From Pseudomonadota bacterium (lineage in GTDB: Bacteria > Myxococcota > JACRCW01 > JAFGSX01): a stretch of DNA of 64,000 nt. Made by a program: the position numbers and the translations under genes. Below the pieces are notes generated by a model. It was not told the DNA's origin, ran no database searches, and saw only the letters and a program-made list of their open reading frames with translations. The stretch spans positions 1-64,000 of the forward strand of contig JBDRCO010000132.1 in assembly GCA_043821645.1 (NCBI GenBank). The letters are read 5' to 3'. This document shows positions 56,384 to 64,000 of the stretch, in pieces (the first letter of the stretch is position 1; every line of letters starts with the position of its first letter).

Positions 56384-58009
56384 TCACCTGGCCGCGGGTG
56401 TCGCCTGGGCAGGCTCCGCGGCAGCGGGGGCAGAGAGATCCTCCGCTTCCATGAGCGTCGCCGCTTCATCCGCCACGCGACGTGCACGCTTTGCTGCCAC
56501 CTGGTTACCCAGTGCGTCGTAGCAGGCGACCAGCTGCAGTGCCACGGCCTGGCGCTGGCGATAGTTGGGATAGCCTTCGAGCACGCGCTCGAAGATCGCC
56601 GCGGCGTCGCGGTAGCGCTTGAGCTTGTAAAAAGAGCGCGCCTGACCGAGCAGGGGACCCGGCGCCAGGGCGTTGCTGCGGTCGAGCTGCTCGGCGCGGC
56701 CAAACAGCGCCACGGCTTCCTCGTAGTTGCGCCTGTCGAAGGCCACCATGCCCGCCTCGAGATACTCCTTGGCCTGGCCCTCGTGCTTGAGCTTGCTCAC
56801 CTGGGCGAGTTCCTTGGCCATCTCCTCGTTGGCGGAGCGAGTGCGCCTGGAAGGCAAGGGACGTGCAGCCTTGGCCGAACTGCTGGTGCCGAGGGAGCTG
56901 CCTGCCACATCAGCGGCTCCGGTGCCAGGCAGGCCGATGTTGCCGGCACTGCCTGCCGCCCGACTCTCGTCGTCACCCAGGTTCAGGATGCCCGGATCCG
57001 TGAGCTGTCCAGCAGAGCCCGGCAGGGGCGCGCGCTGTGGCTCTGCGGCCGGTGGCGCCGAGGGATGCGGACCGGCCGCACGCTGGGCATAGGTCGGGGC
57101 CTCGCTCTCGGCCTGGCGATTGGCCGTCGCGCCTTGCGGTGCAGCCGTCTGATCCGCGACCTGGGCCTCGCGCTTGTCACTGCGCCCGTCCCAGGCGTCG
57201 TTCTTGGTGTTGAGATCGCGATCCTTGGCCGGTGCGGCCTGCGCTTTCTCGTCGAGGGTCCGGGCCATGCTGTCGTTGAGCGCCTGGCCCCGTGTGCCAC
57301 TCCATGCCGTGGGCGCCTTGGGCTTGTTCTCGCCGCCCAGGACCTCACGAGGCGTCTCCTCCTGCATGAAGGCCGTCTTCTTGGCAGTCTTGCGCTTGGA
57401 GCGCTCGAGGTCATCGTCGCCGGCCAGCGCCACATCCGCCTGCTTGAGTCCACCCTTGAACGCGAAGCCCTCGTTGACCTCAGGCGTCGCCACTGCCTTG
57501 TGCTCGCTGCGAGCCTCGTCGGGACTATCCGCGGGAAGATCCTGCGCGTCACCATCCGCGACGCGGCCTCCCGCCGTCTCCGCAGACTCCGTCGCTGCGG
57601 CGACCGCAGGTTTCTGCGCGGGGGCGGGGCTCACCGTGGACACCACGGACATCTCGCTGGTCGAGGGTGGAGTGGCCAGGCGTACCAGCAGACCGGCTGT
57701 GGCCACCACGACCACCAGGGCGGTCACACCCACGGCCGGGTGCCACAACAGCTGCCACAGCGGGGTCCACCAGGACTGCGGCGCGGGCCGAAGGATCTTC
57801 TCCTGGCGCAGGATGGCCTCGCTGAGCAGGTCCGCGGGCTCTGGCAGGGTGTCTTCGGCGTACAGACGGCGCGTGGCCTCGAGCGAACGCAGGTCCTCGG
57901 CGAGTTCGGGTTCGCGGCCCAGCGCCTCGTGCAGCTGCTCGAGGGCACGGTCGCTCAGCTCGCCGTACACGGCGTCGACCATCTGCAGCTTGAGGCGTTC
58001 GTCACTCAT
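56384..58009 (-). CDS. Putative anti-sigma factor (N-terminal ASD-like domain, TM, low-complexity linker, C-terminal TPR)
   Basis: 'DAVYGELS....LHEAL'; a single TM; TPR 'YEEAVALF...YRDAAAIFERVL..YP'; lies directly downstream of the ECF sigma. Confidence 0.65.
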   Translation of the reverse strand: MSDERLKLQMVDAVYGELSDRALEQLHEALGREPELAEDLRSLEATRRLYAEDTLPEPADLLSEAILRQEKILRPAPQSWWTPLWQLLWHPAVGVTALVVVVATAGLLVRLATPPSTSEMSVVSTVSPAPAQKPAVAAATESAETAGGRVADGDAQDLPADSPDEARSEHKAVATPEVNEGFAFKGGLKQADVALAGDDDLERSKRKTAKKTAFMQEETPREVLGGENKPKAPTAWSGTRGQALNDSMARTLDEKAQAAPAKDRDLNTKNDAWDGRSDKREAQVADQTAAPQGATANRQAESEAPTYAQRAAGPHPSAPPAAEPQRAPLPGSAGQLTDPGILNLGDDESRAAGSAGNIGLPGTGAADVAGSSLGTSSSAKAARPLPSRRTRSANEEMAKELAQVSKLKHEGQAKEYLEAGMVAFDRRNYEEAVALFGRAEQLDRSNALAPGPLLGQARSFYKLKRYRDAAAIFERVLEGYPNYRQRQAVALQLVACYDALGNQVAAKRARRVADEAATLMEAEDLSAPAAAEPAQATPAAR

Positions 58010-58055
58010 CGTCTTCACTCACCGGGGCCGTGGCCCCTCGACCTCTCGACGGTGT

Positions 58056-58730
58056 TCAGGGCTCGAATCCCTTGGCCCGCAACTGGTCGCGCAGCTTCTC
58101 CAGCGCGTAGCGCATGCGGCTCTTCACCGTGTTCTCTGACACTCCCGTGATGTCTCCGATCTCCTTGAACTGCAAGCCTCCGTGTTCGCGCAGCAGGAAC
58201 ACCTCGCGCTGTTCCTCTCCCAGACTGTCGATGGCGAGTTGCATCGCGGCCCGCAGACGCCGGTTGTGAGCGTCTCGATCGGGCTCGGGCACCGTGCCCT
58301 CGATCCTGTCCACCAGGGGTTGCCCCTCCCCATCCGCTCCCGTGGGGCTGTCCAGCGAGGTGGTGCGTCGGTAGCGAGCCTTGCGCGAGGCGTCGATGCA
58401 GTAGTTGCGGGCGATGGTGTACAGCCAGGTCGTGAACTTGGCCCGCTTCTCGTAGCGCGCAGCGTTCTTGACCACGCGCAGAAAGATCTCCTGCAGGGCG
58501 TCCTCGGCGCTCTCGCGCTGTCCCAGGAAGCGCAAGGCGAAGTGGAACACGCCGCGGCGGTGCCGGTCGAGGAGCAGGGCGAAGGCGCGCGCGTCACCTT
58601 TCTGGTAGCGCAACATGAGCACTTCGTCGGCCACGGTCGTGGGTTGTGCAGCGCGTTCGGCACCTTGAGAACCTCCGGACCGCGCGGCTGGCGCGGCCAT
58701 GCTGTCCAGGGTTCCTTCGGGCTCGGCCAT
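58056..58730 (-). CDS. ECF RNA polymerase sigma factor
   Basis: 'AEDALQEIFL', 'FTTWLYTIARNYCID', region 4 'FKEIGDITGVSENTVKSRMRYA'. Confidence 0.93.
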   Translation of the reverse strand: MAEPEGTLDSMAAPAARSGGSQGAERAAQPTTVADEVLMLRYQKGDARAFALLLDRHRRGVFHFALRFLGQRESAEDALQEIFLRVVKNAARYEKRAKFTTWLYTIARNYCIDASRKARYRRTTSLDSPTGADGEGQPLVDRIEGTVPEPDRDAHNRRLRAAMQLAIDSLGEEQREVFLLREHGGLQFKEIGDITGVSENTVKSRMRYALEKLRDQLRAKGFEP

Positions 58731-58971
58731 GCTCTCTTCGGGAACCCTCTGCCCGTAGCAACGGGCGAGGGCTGATACCGATCTCCTCTCGCGCCGAACC
58801 CCCACCAGGTCCGTGCGCTTTCGACCGGAGCATCCTAGCACGCCTGCTCCGGCGGTCGACAGCTCCGGGTCCGAGGAGCTCGGGTTGAAGGGGTGGTCCG
58901 CGGATGGTAACTTTTTGATGTCACTGCAAACGACGGTCAACGCCGGGGTTCGGCGCGGCGGTGGATGGCGC

Positions 58972-61437
58972 ATGGCATTCTCACTTGTTGCTGCGGTTCC
59001 CTCGAGCCCCTGGCGCGCGTTCCAGCGCCTGGCTCTGCTCGGCGGCCTGCTCTCGCTCCCGGCGGTGGGCTGCGACTGCAACCCTGCTCCCACCAAGACC
59101 ACGGACAAGACCTGCACGTTCAACTCGGACTGCCCGCGCGGACAGGAGTGTGATCCCGAGCGCAAGGTCTGCGTGACCGCGACCAGCGGCTACTGCGATG
59201 CGGACGAGGACTGCGACATCTACGGTGTGGATCTGTACTGCGAGACCCAGGTCCACCTGTGCGTGTCGCGCCACGAGTGCGAGGAGGCCGGCGACTGCCC
59301 GCAACAGGGTATGGAGTGCCAGGTCGACGACAGCACGGGCTTCCGGGTGTGCATCTTCCCGGGCTGCGAGGGTGACGCGGAGTGCGAGACCGAGCTGGCA
59401 GGCCAGTGCGGAGCGGGCACCCGGGCGCGCTGCGTGCTGCGCGAGTGCATCTGCCAGGACGCCTGTGGTGGCGACTGCGGCAGCAACCGCGTGTGCTGCG
59501 CGGACACCGACGCGCCAAGCTGCATCGACCAGCCCGCACACTGTGCGAACCAGAGCTGCGAACCGGGCTACGTCTCCCAGGCCGACGTGGAACAGCCCTG
59601 GTCGGTCGACGACTGCGGCTACAACGGCGACCAGTGTTCCTGTCGGGAGCTGCCTCACCTGCCCCTCGGCGACATCGGCGACCCGTCGGTACTGCGCCTG
59701 CGCAGCGACGGATCCCCGGTGCTCGTCGGGCACGCCTTTGGCTATGACCACGATGCGACCTATGACGAGGGACGCTACGGCGACCTGGCCCTGGGCACGG
59801 TCGACCCCCTCGGTGTGGTGAGCTGGCGCTTTATCGACGGGGTGCCAGCGGGTCCCATCGAGGCCGGACCCACAGGCCCGCGCGGCGGCGTCAAGGCACC
59901 CGGTGACGACGTGGCCAGGCAGCTCGACATGGTCCTGGACGCCACGGACCGCGTGCACGTGGCGTACTGGGATCGCAGCAACAGCGCGCTGCGCTATGCC
60001 CGCATCGCAGCGGACGGCAGCGCGGTGGTGGTGGTGGTGGTCGACGACGAGGGCGACACGGGGCTGGCCCCGTCCATCGTGCTCGATCCGGTCAACGGCG
60101 CACCGCGCATCGGGTACTTCACCCGCCGCGTCGACCTGAACCCATCGGGTGCCGAGGCCCGCCTGCGCGTGGCCGTGGCCGCCGTGCCAGATCCCACGAC
60201 CCCGAGCAACTTCGCCCTGCACACCGCCGCGGTGGTGGACCTGACCACCCTCCCGTGTGAGGGCGTGTGCCCCGATGGAGAGCTGTGCCAGGATCTCGCG
60301 GATCCCCAGATCGATCGCTGTGTGCCCGAGGGCACGGGCTGCCCGACCTGCGGCGACGCCCAGGGCTGCATCGCGGGCTCGTGCCAGGCGGTGATCCCGG
60401 TGCCCCTGGCCGAGATCGTCCCTCCGGGCATTGGCCTGTTCACGCGCATCCTGGCCTGGCCCGGCGGTGACGTGTTCGTGCTGGCCTACGACAGCGTGGC
60501 AGGCGACCTGGTGCTGGCCACCCCCCGCAGCGGCGCCAACCTCCTGCAGTCCGGGGCCAGCTTTGACCTCGGGCGCCTCGATGGCGCCACCCCGGCGAAC
60601 GCGCCACCGGACGTGGGCCGCCACATCGAGGCCGTTGTGGACGCCAGCGGGACCCTGGCACACCTCACCTACGTGGACGACACCGCGCGCGGCATCGTGT
60701 ACGCGCAGCTGACCTCCCGGGGAGTGCTGCAGGGGCGCGTCGTCGTCGACAGCGCGCGACGGCCTGGCCCCTTCGGCGCCCTCGACCAGCACATGCTCGA
60801 GGACCCGGCCATCGCGGTGTCCGCCTCCGGCGAGCGCCTCATCGTGTACCAGGACGCCACCTCGGGCGCTCTGTGGCGCTGCCTGGCCGCGGCCGGCGAC
60901 AGCTTTGCGGGTTGCGAGTGGGTGGCGGGCGGCGAGCCCGGTGCGGGCTACCGCGGGAGCTACGGTTTCTCGTCGAGCGCGGCGTATGACCCCGGGCGCG
61001 GCGTGCCCGTGTTCTCGACCTACCGCTTCGTGCCCCGGCTCGATGCGGCCTACCTGAACGGCGTGGTCCTGTTCAACCATCCCGCGGCCAGCGCCTGCCT
61101 CGAGGACAGCTACGAGCCCAACGACACTTCCGCGGCGGCCACGGTGCATGCCCTGGCCGCGATGCCGGGACGCATCTGCGCCGGCAACGAGGACTGGTTC
61201 AGCCTGACCCTGAGCGCCGGCCAGACCGCCATCGTGCGCCTGGGCTCGCGCTACAGCCTGGGTGATCTCGACCTGTACCTGGTCGATGGCACGGGCACCG
61301 AGCTGGAGCGCTCTTTCACCACCCGCGACGTCGAGAGCATCGACTTCACCGCCACCGCTGCGGGCACCTACTACCTGCGCGTGGCCGGGTTCAACGGCGC
61401 AGCGACCAGCTACATCCTGGGCGCGGACATCCGCTAG
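58972..61437 (+). CDS. Large Cys-rich lipoprotein with beta-propeller-like region and C-terminal PPC-type domain
   Basis: 'AVGCDC' lipobox; repeated 'C..D.DC' units; 'CLEDSYEPND...DWF...DLDLYL...GTYYLRV'. Confidence 0.7.
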   Translation: MAFSLVAAVPSSPWRAFQRLALLGGLLSLPAVGCDCNPAPTKTTDKTCTFNSDCPRGQECDPERKVCVTATSGYCDADEDCDIYGVDLYCETQVHLCVSRHECEEAGDCPQQGMECQVDDSTGFRVCIFPGCEGDAECETELAGQCGAGTRARCVLRECICQDACGGDCGSNRVCCADTDAPSCIDQPAHCANQSCEPGYVSQADVEQPWSVDDCGYNGDQCSCRELPHLPLGDIGDPSVLRLRSDGSPVLVGHAFGYDHDATYDEGRYGDLALGTVDPLGVVSWRFIDGVPAGPIEAGPTGPRGGVKAPGDDVARQLDMVLDATDRVHVAYWDRSNSALRYARIAADGSAVVVVVVDDEGDTGLAPSIVLDPVNGAPRIGYFTRRVDLNPSGAEARLRVAVAAVPDPTTPSNFALHTAAVVDLTTLPCEGVCPDGELCQDLADPQIDRCVPEGTGCPTCGDAQGCIAGSCQAVIPVPLAEIVPPGIGLFTRILAWPGGDVFVLAYDSVAGDLVLATPRSGANLLQSGASFDLGRLDGATPANAPPDVGRHIEAVVDASGTLAHLTYVDDTARGIVYAQLTSRGVLQGRVVVDSARRPGPFGALDQHMLEDPAIAVSASGERLIVYQDATSGALWRCLAAAGDSFAGCEWVAGGEPGAGYRGSYGFSSSAAYDPGRGVPVFSTYRFVPRLDAAYLNGVVLFNHPAASACLEDSYEPNDTSAAATVHALAAMPGRICAGNEDWFSLTLSAGQTAIVRLGSRYSLGDLDLYLVDGTGTELERSFTTRDVESIDFTATAAGTYYLRVAGFNGAATSYILGADIR

Positions 61438-62435
61438 CGGAGATCCTGAACCCGCACGCTGTGACCGCTGCGCAGCGAGCGCAGGGCCGCCTCGGCCAGC
61501 ACCAGGGCTGCGCGGCCATCGTCGACCCCGGGAGAAGGCGCGCGCTTCTCGGTCACCGCACACACGAAGTGGTCCCACTCGCGGCGGTAGGCCTCGGCAT
61601 AGCGCTCGAGGAAGAAGTGCAGCGGTCGGTCTGCCACCACGCCGTCGGCAGTCCAGCTCGAAAACGTCGACTCGTGCACGTTGCCGGCCTGCAGCATGCC
61701 GCGGGCGCCGTGCACCTCGATGCGCTGGTCGTAGCCGTAGCTGGCGCGTCGGCTGTTGCTGATCTGGCAGATGGCGCCGCGAGCGGTCTTGAGGATCACG
61801 GCCGCGGTGTCGATGTCACCGGCTGCGCCTATCGCCGGATCGACCAGACTTGAACCGCTGGCGAAGACCTCCACTGGTTCCTCGCCCAGCAACCAGCGCG
61901 CCATGTCGAGGTCGTGGATCATCATGTCGCGAAACAGGCCGCCCGAGACCTTGACGTAGGCGACGGGAGGCGGACTCGGATCCCGGCTGGTAATGGTGCA
62001 CAGCTCGACCTCGCCGATGGCACCATCCCGCAGCGACCGCTGCAGGCGCGCAAAGCTGGGGTCGAAGCGCCGGTTGAAGGCGATGAGGCAGGGCACGCCC
62101 GCCTCCTGTACCGCGGCCACACCCCGATCGACCCGTTCCAGGTCGTTGTCGATGGGCTTTTCGCAGAACACGGCCTTGCCCGCGCGCGCTGCCCGCTGCA
62201 GCAGATCGACGTGGGTGTCGGTGGACGAGGCGATGACCACCGCGTCCACCTCGGCGTCGGCGAGGGCCTGGTCGACCTCGGCGTAGGTTCGTGCCCCGAG
62301 CGCGCCGGCCAGCGTGCTCGCCGTTCCGGGCTGCGGGTCAAAGACCCCGCGCAGGCAGCTGCCAGGGTGGGCAGCCACGTTGGTGGCATGGATGGAGCCG
62401 ATGCGCCCGGCGCCCAGCACGCAGACGTTCAGCAT
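61434..62435 (-). CDS. iolG: Inositol 2-dehydrogenase
   Basis: 'LGAGRIG..H', 'CEKP', 'FNRRFDP', 'SGGLFRDMMIHD', 'YGYDQRIE'. Confidence 0.93.
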   Translation of the reverse strand: MLNVCVLGAGRIGSIHATNVAAHPGSCLRGVFDPQPGTASTLAGALGARTYAEVDQALADAEVDAVVIASSTDTHVDLLQRAARAGKAVFCEKPIDNDLERVDRGVAAVQEAGVPCLIAFNRRFDPSFARLQRSLRDGAIGEVELCTITSRDPSPPPVAYVKVSGGLFRDMMIHDLDMARWLLGEEPVEVFASGSSLVDPAIGAAGDIDTAAVILKTARGAICQISNSRRASYGYDQRIEVHGARGMLQAGNVHESTFSSWTADGVVADRPLHFFLERYAEAYRREWDHFVCAVTEKRAPSPGVDDGRAALVLAEAALRSLRSGHSVRVQDLR

Positions 62436-62471
62436 GAATGCTCCTTGCTCCGTTGAAGACCCGTGTTCGGC

Positions 62472-63371
62472 TCAGCCCTCGTCGACGAGGCCAGCCGCGA
62501 TGGCCATGGCGCGCGCAGCCGCAAAGCCCTTGCGCGCGTAGGTGAAGGGGTGCGCCTTGTCGGGATCCTGCTCGGCCTCGACCACCAGCCAGCCCCGGTA
62601 GCCGGACTCGGCCAGGGCCTCGAAGATGGGGGGGTACGCCACGTCTCCATCCCCCGGGACCGTGAACACGCCCTCGGGCACGGCTTTCAAGAAAGGGGCA
62701 TCCTCGGCCTGCATGCGCTCGAGCACGGGCCGCCGCACGTCCTTGAGGTGAACGTGGGCGATGCGCTCGCCCCAGCGCTTCGCGGTGGCCAGGGGATCGG
62801 CGCCGGCGTAGGTCAGGTGGCCCGTATCGAGCAGCAGCCCCACGTCGTCACCCGTGCGCTCGAGCAGGCCATCGATCTCGGCGCTGGTCTGGATCACGGT
62901 GCCCATGTGGTGGTGGTACACGAGCTGCAACCCCTCGTCGGCGAGGTGGGCGCCGAAGGCGTCGAGGTTCTGCGCCAGGCGATCGAGGGCCGCCGCATCG
63001 GGCACCGGTCGCGACGACAGCGCCGCGTGCACATCTCCATGCACACAGCGCGAGGTCTCGGCCACGATCATCACCTCGCAACCCAGGCCAGCCAGCAGCT
63101 TGACGTGCCCGCGGGCGGCCCGGATCTCGGCGTCGACGTCGCGTTCGAGCAGGCGCGTGCTGTACCAGCCCGACACCAGGTCCAGACCATACTCCTCGAG
63201 CACCTCTCCGAGCGGCCCAGCCTGGCGCGGGAACTTGTGGCCCAGCTCCACGCCCTCGTAGCCGGCCTGGCGCGCCTCGCTGAGGCACTGCTCGAGCGGG
63301 ATGCTGCCGCCCAGGCTGCGCAGGTCGTCGTTGCTCCACACGATGGGATTGATGCCAAAGCGAACCGACAT
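62472..63371 (-). CDS. iolE: 2-keto-myo-inositol (myo-inosose-2) dehydratase
   Basis: 'GINPIVWSNDD', 'YHHHMGT', 'LDTGH', 'HLKD', 'VVEAEQDP'. Confidence 0.94.
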   Translation of the reverse strand: MSVRFGINPIVWSNDDLRSLGGSIPLEQCLSEARQAGYEGVELGHKFPRQAGPLGEVLEEYGLDLVSGWYSTRLLERDVDAEIRAARGHVKLLAGLGCEVMIVAETSRCVHGDVHAALSSRPVPDAAALDRLAQNLDAFGAHLADEGLQLVYHHHMGTVIQTSAEIDGLLERTGDDVGLLLDTGHLTYAGADPLATAKRWGERIAHVHLKDVRRPVLERMQAEDAPFLKAVPEGVFTVPGDGDVAYPPIFEALAESGYRGWLVVEAEQDPDKAHPFTYARKGFAAARAMAIAAGLVDEG

Positions 63372-63410
63372 GAATGTCACCCTGCGCTGGTGGATATCCA
63401 GGACAGGGCT

Positions 63411-64000
63411 CTACCACCGCTGCCTGCGCTTGTCCTGCACGTACTTCTGCCGCGCCTCTCGAACCGAGGTTCGCTCGGAGACCTCGGCCACCGCCACCTC
63501 CCACCAGGCCCCACCCTCCCCTGTGCTGATCCTGGGGTCCGCGTCGATGACAATCACGGTGGTGTGGTCGCTCGTTCGAGCGCTGGCCAGGGCCTGCTCC
63601 AGCCCTGCGATGTCGTCGACCTTCTGCGCCTGGGCACCGAGGGATCGCGCGTGCGCTGCGAAATCGATGACCGGCGCCTCGCCCCCTGAGTCGGCCCACA
63701 GGTTGCGAAAGGGCCCGCTCCCCACACCATGCTGCAACCTGTTGATGCAGCCGAAGCCGTGGTTGTCGACGACGACGATGGTGAGCTTGAGGCCCAGCAT
63801 CACCGAGGTCGCGATCTCGCTGTTGAGCATCAGGTACGAGCCATCGCCCACCAGCACGAAGACCTCGGCCTCGGGCCTGGCCAGCTTGACGCCCAGGCCT
63901 CCCGCAATCTCGTAGCCCATGCAGGAGTAGCCGTACTCGAGGTGGTAGGTGCCAGGGCCCCGGGCGCGCCACAGCTTGTGCAGCTCGCCGGGCAGGCCTC
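63411..64000 (-). CDS. iolD: 3D-(3,5/4)-trihydroxycyclohexane-1,2-dione acylhydrolase, 3' part (5' end outside the window)
   Basis: 'HLEYGYSCMGYEIAG', ThDP motif 'GDGSYLM...DNHGFGCINRLQ', 'WWEVAV'. Confidence 0.93.
   Translation of the reverse strand, partial: GLPGELHKLWRARGPGTYHLEYGYSCMGYEIAGGLGVKLARPEAEVFVLVGDGSYLMLNSEIATSVMLGLKLTIVVVDNHGFGCINRLQHGVGSGPFRNLWADSGGEAPVIDFAAHARSLGAQAQKVDDIAGLEQALASARTSDHTTVIVIDADPRISTGEGGAWWEVAVAEVSERTSVREARQKYVQDKRRQRW

Noticed and set aside
60024-60043. (GTG)n microsatellite
   Set aside because: Encodes an in-frame poly-Val beta strand; no sign of phase variation.
58981-61578. 865-aa minus-strand ORF, and similar long antisense ORFs (16-999, 20544-22247, 24930-27239, 34985-36415, 38540-40642, 48373-49626)
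   Set aside because: Shadow ORFs opposite well-supported genes in high-GC DNA; no recognisable motifs.
61434-64000. Link between the iol genes and the BMC aldolase
   Set aside because: 54 kb apart with no shared regulatory evidence; iolDEG is an ordinary inositol pathway.
1-64000. CRISPR arrays, tRNA/rRNA, integrases, transposases, prophage or defence genes
   Set aside because: No regularly spaced repeats, cloverleaf or diagnostic protein motifs were seen by eye; a covariance-model scan was not possible.

Overview
High-GC chromosomal window with Myxococcota/deltaproteobacterial gene content. No rRNA, tRNA, CRISPR array or transposase was recognised. About 52 CDS, in order: hslO, a TetR regulator, a tandem-duplicated AcpS-like protein, uvrC and a REC/HD-GYP protein. 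Next come a small bacterial-microcompartment satellite (two EutN/CcmL vertex genes plus a class II aldolase) and a methyltransferase-GT2 fusion. A ~21 kb type IV pilin locus follows. It contains two pilins (one with a clear sigma-54 promoter), a divergent pilD, a large membrane spermidine-synthase-like protein, and a translationally coupled run of pilG/pilH/pilI-like genes, an O-antigen-ligase-like TPR protein, a gluzincin lipoprotein, a beta-barrel and FOUR tandem YfhO-like GT-C paralogues. After it lie an Ig-domain lipoprotein, exbD-ftsB-dmxA-like DGC-phoH, radical SAM/aat, a GT-C/TPR protein, a Sua5/YciO protein and an NmrA-like protein. Then come a selenocysteine peroxiredoxin (in-frame UGA plus a SECIS-like hairpin, split in the ORF track), a frameshifted LeuC-LeuD fusion, rlmI, a PilZ-PAS hybrid kinase, dusB, apaH, an ECF sigma/anti-sigma pair, a Cys-rich lipoprotein and iolG/iolE/iolD (partial). 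The best candidate for an undescribed system is the pilin-linked multi-GT-C surface-modification operon. All product calls come from motifs recognised by eye, not from database searches.
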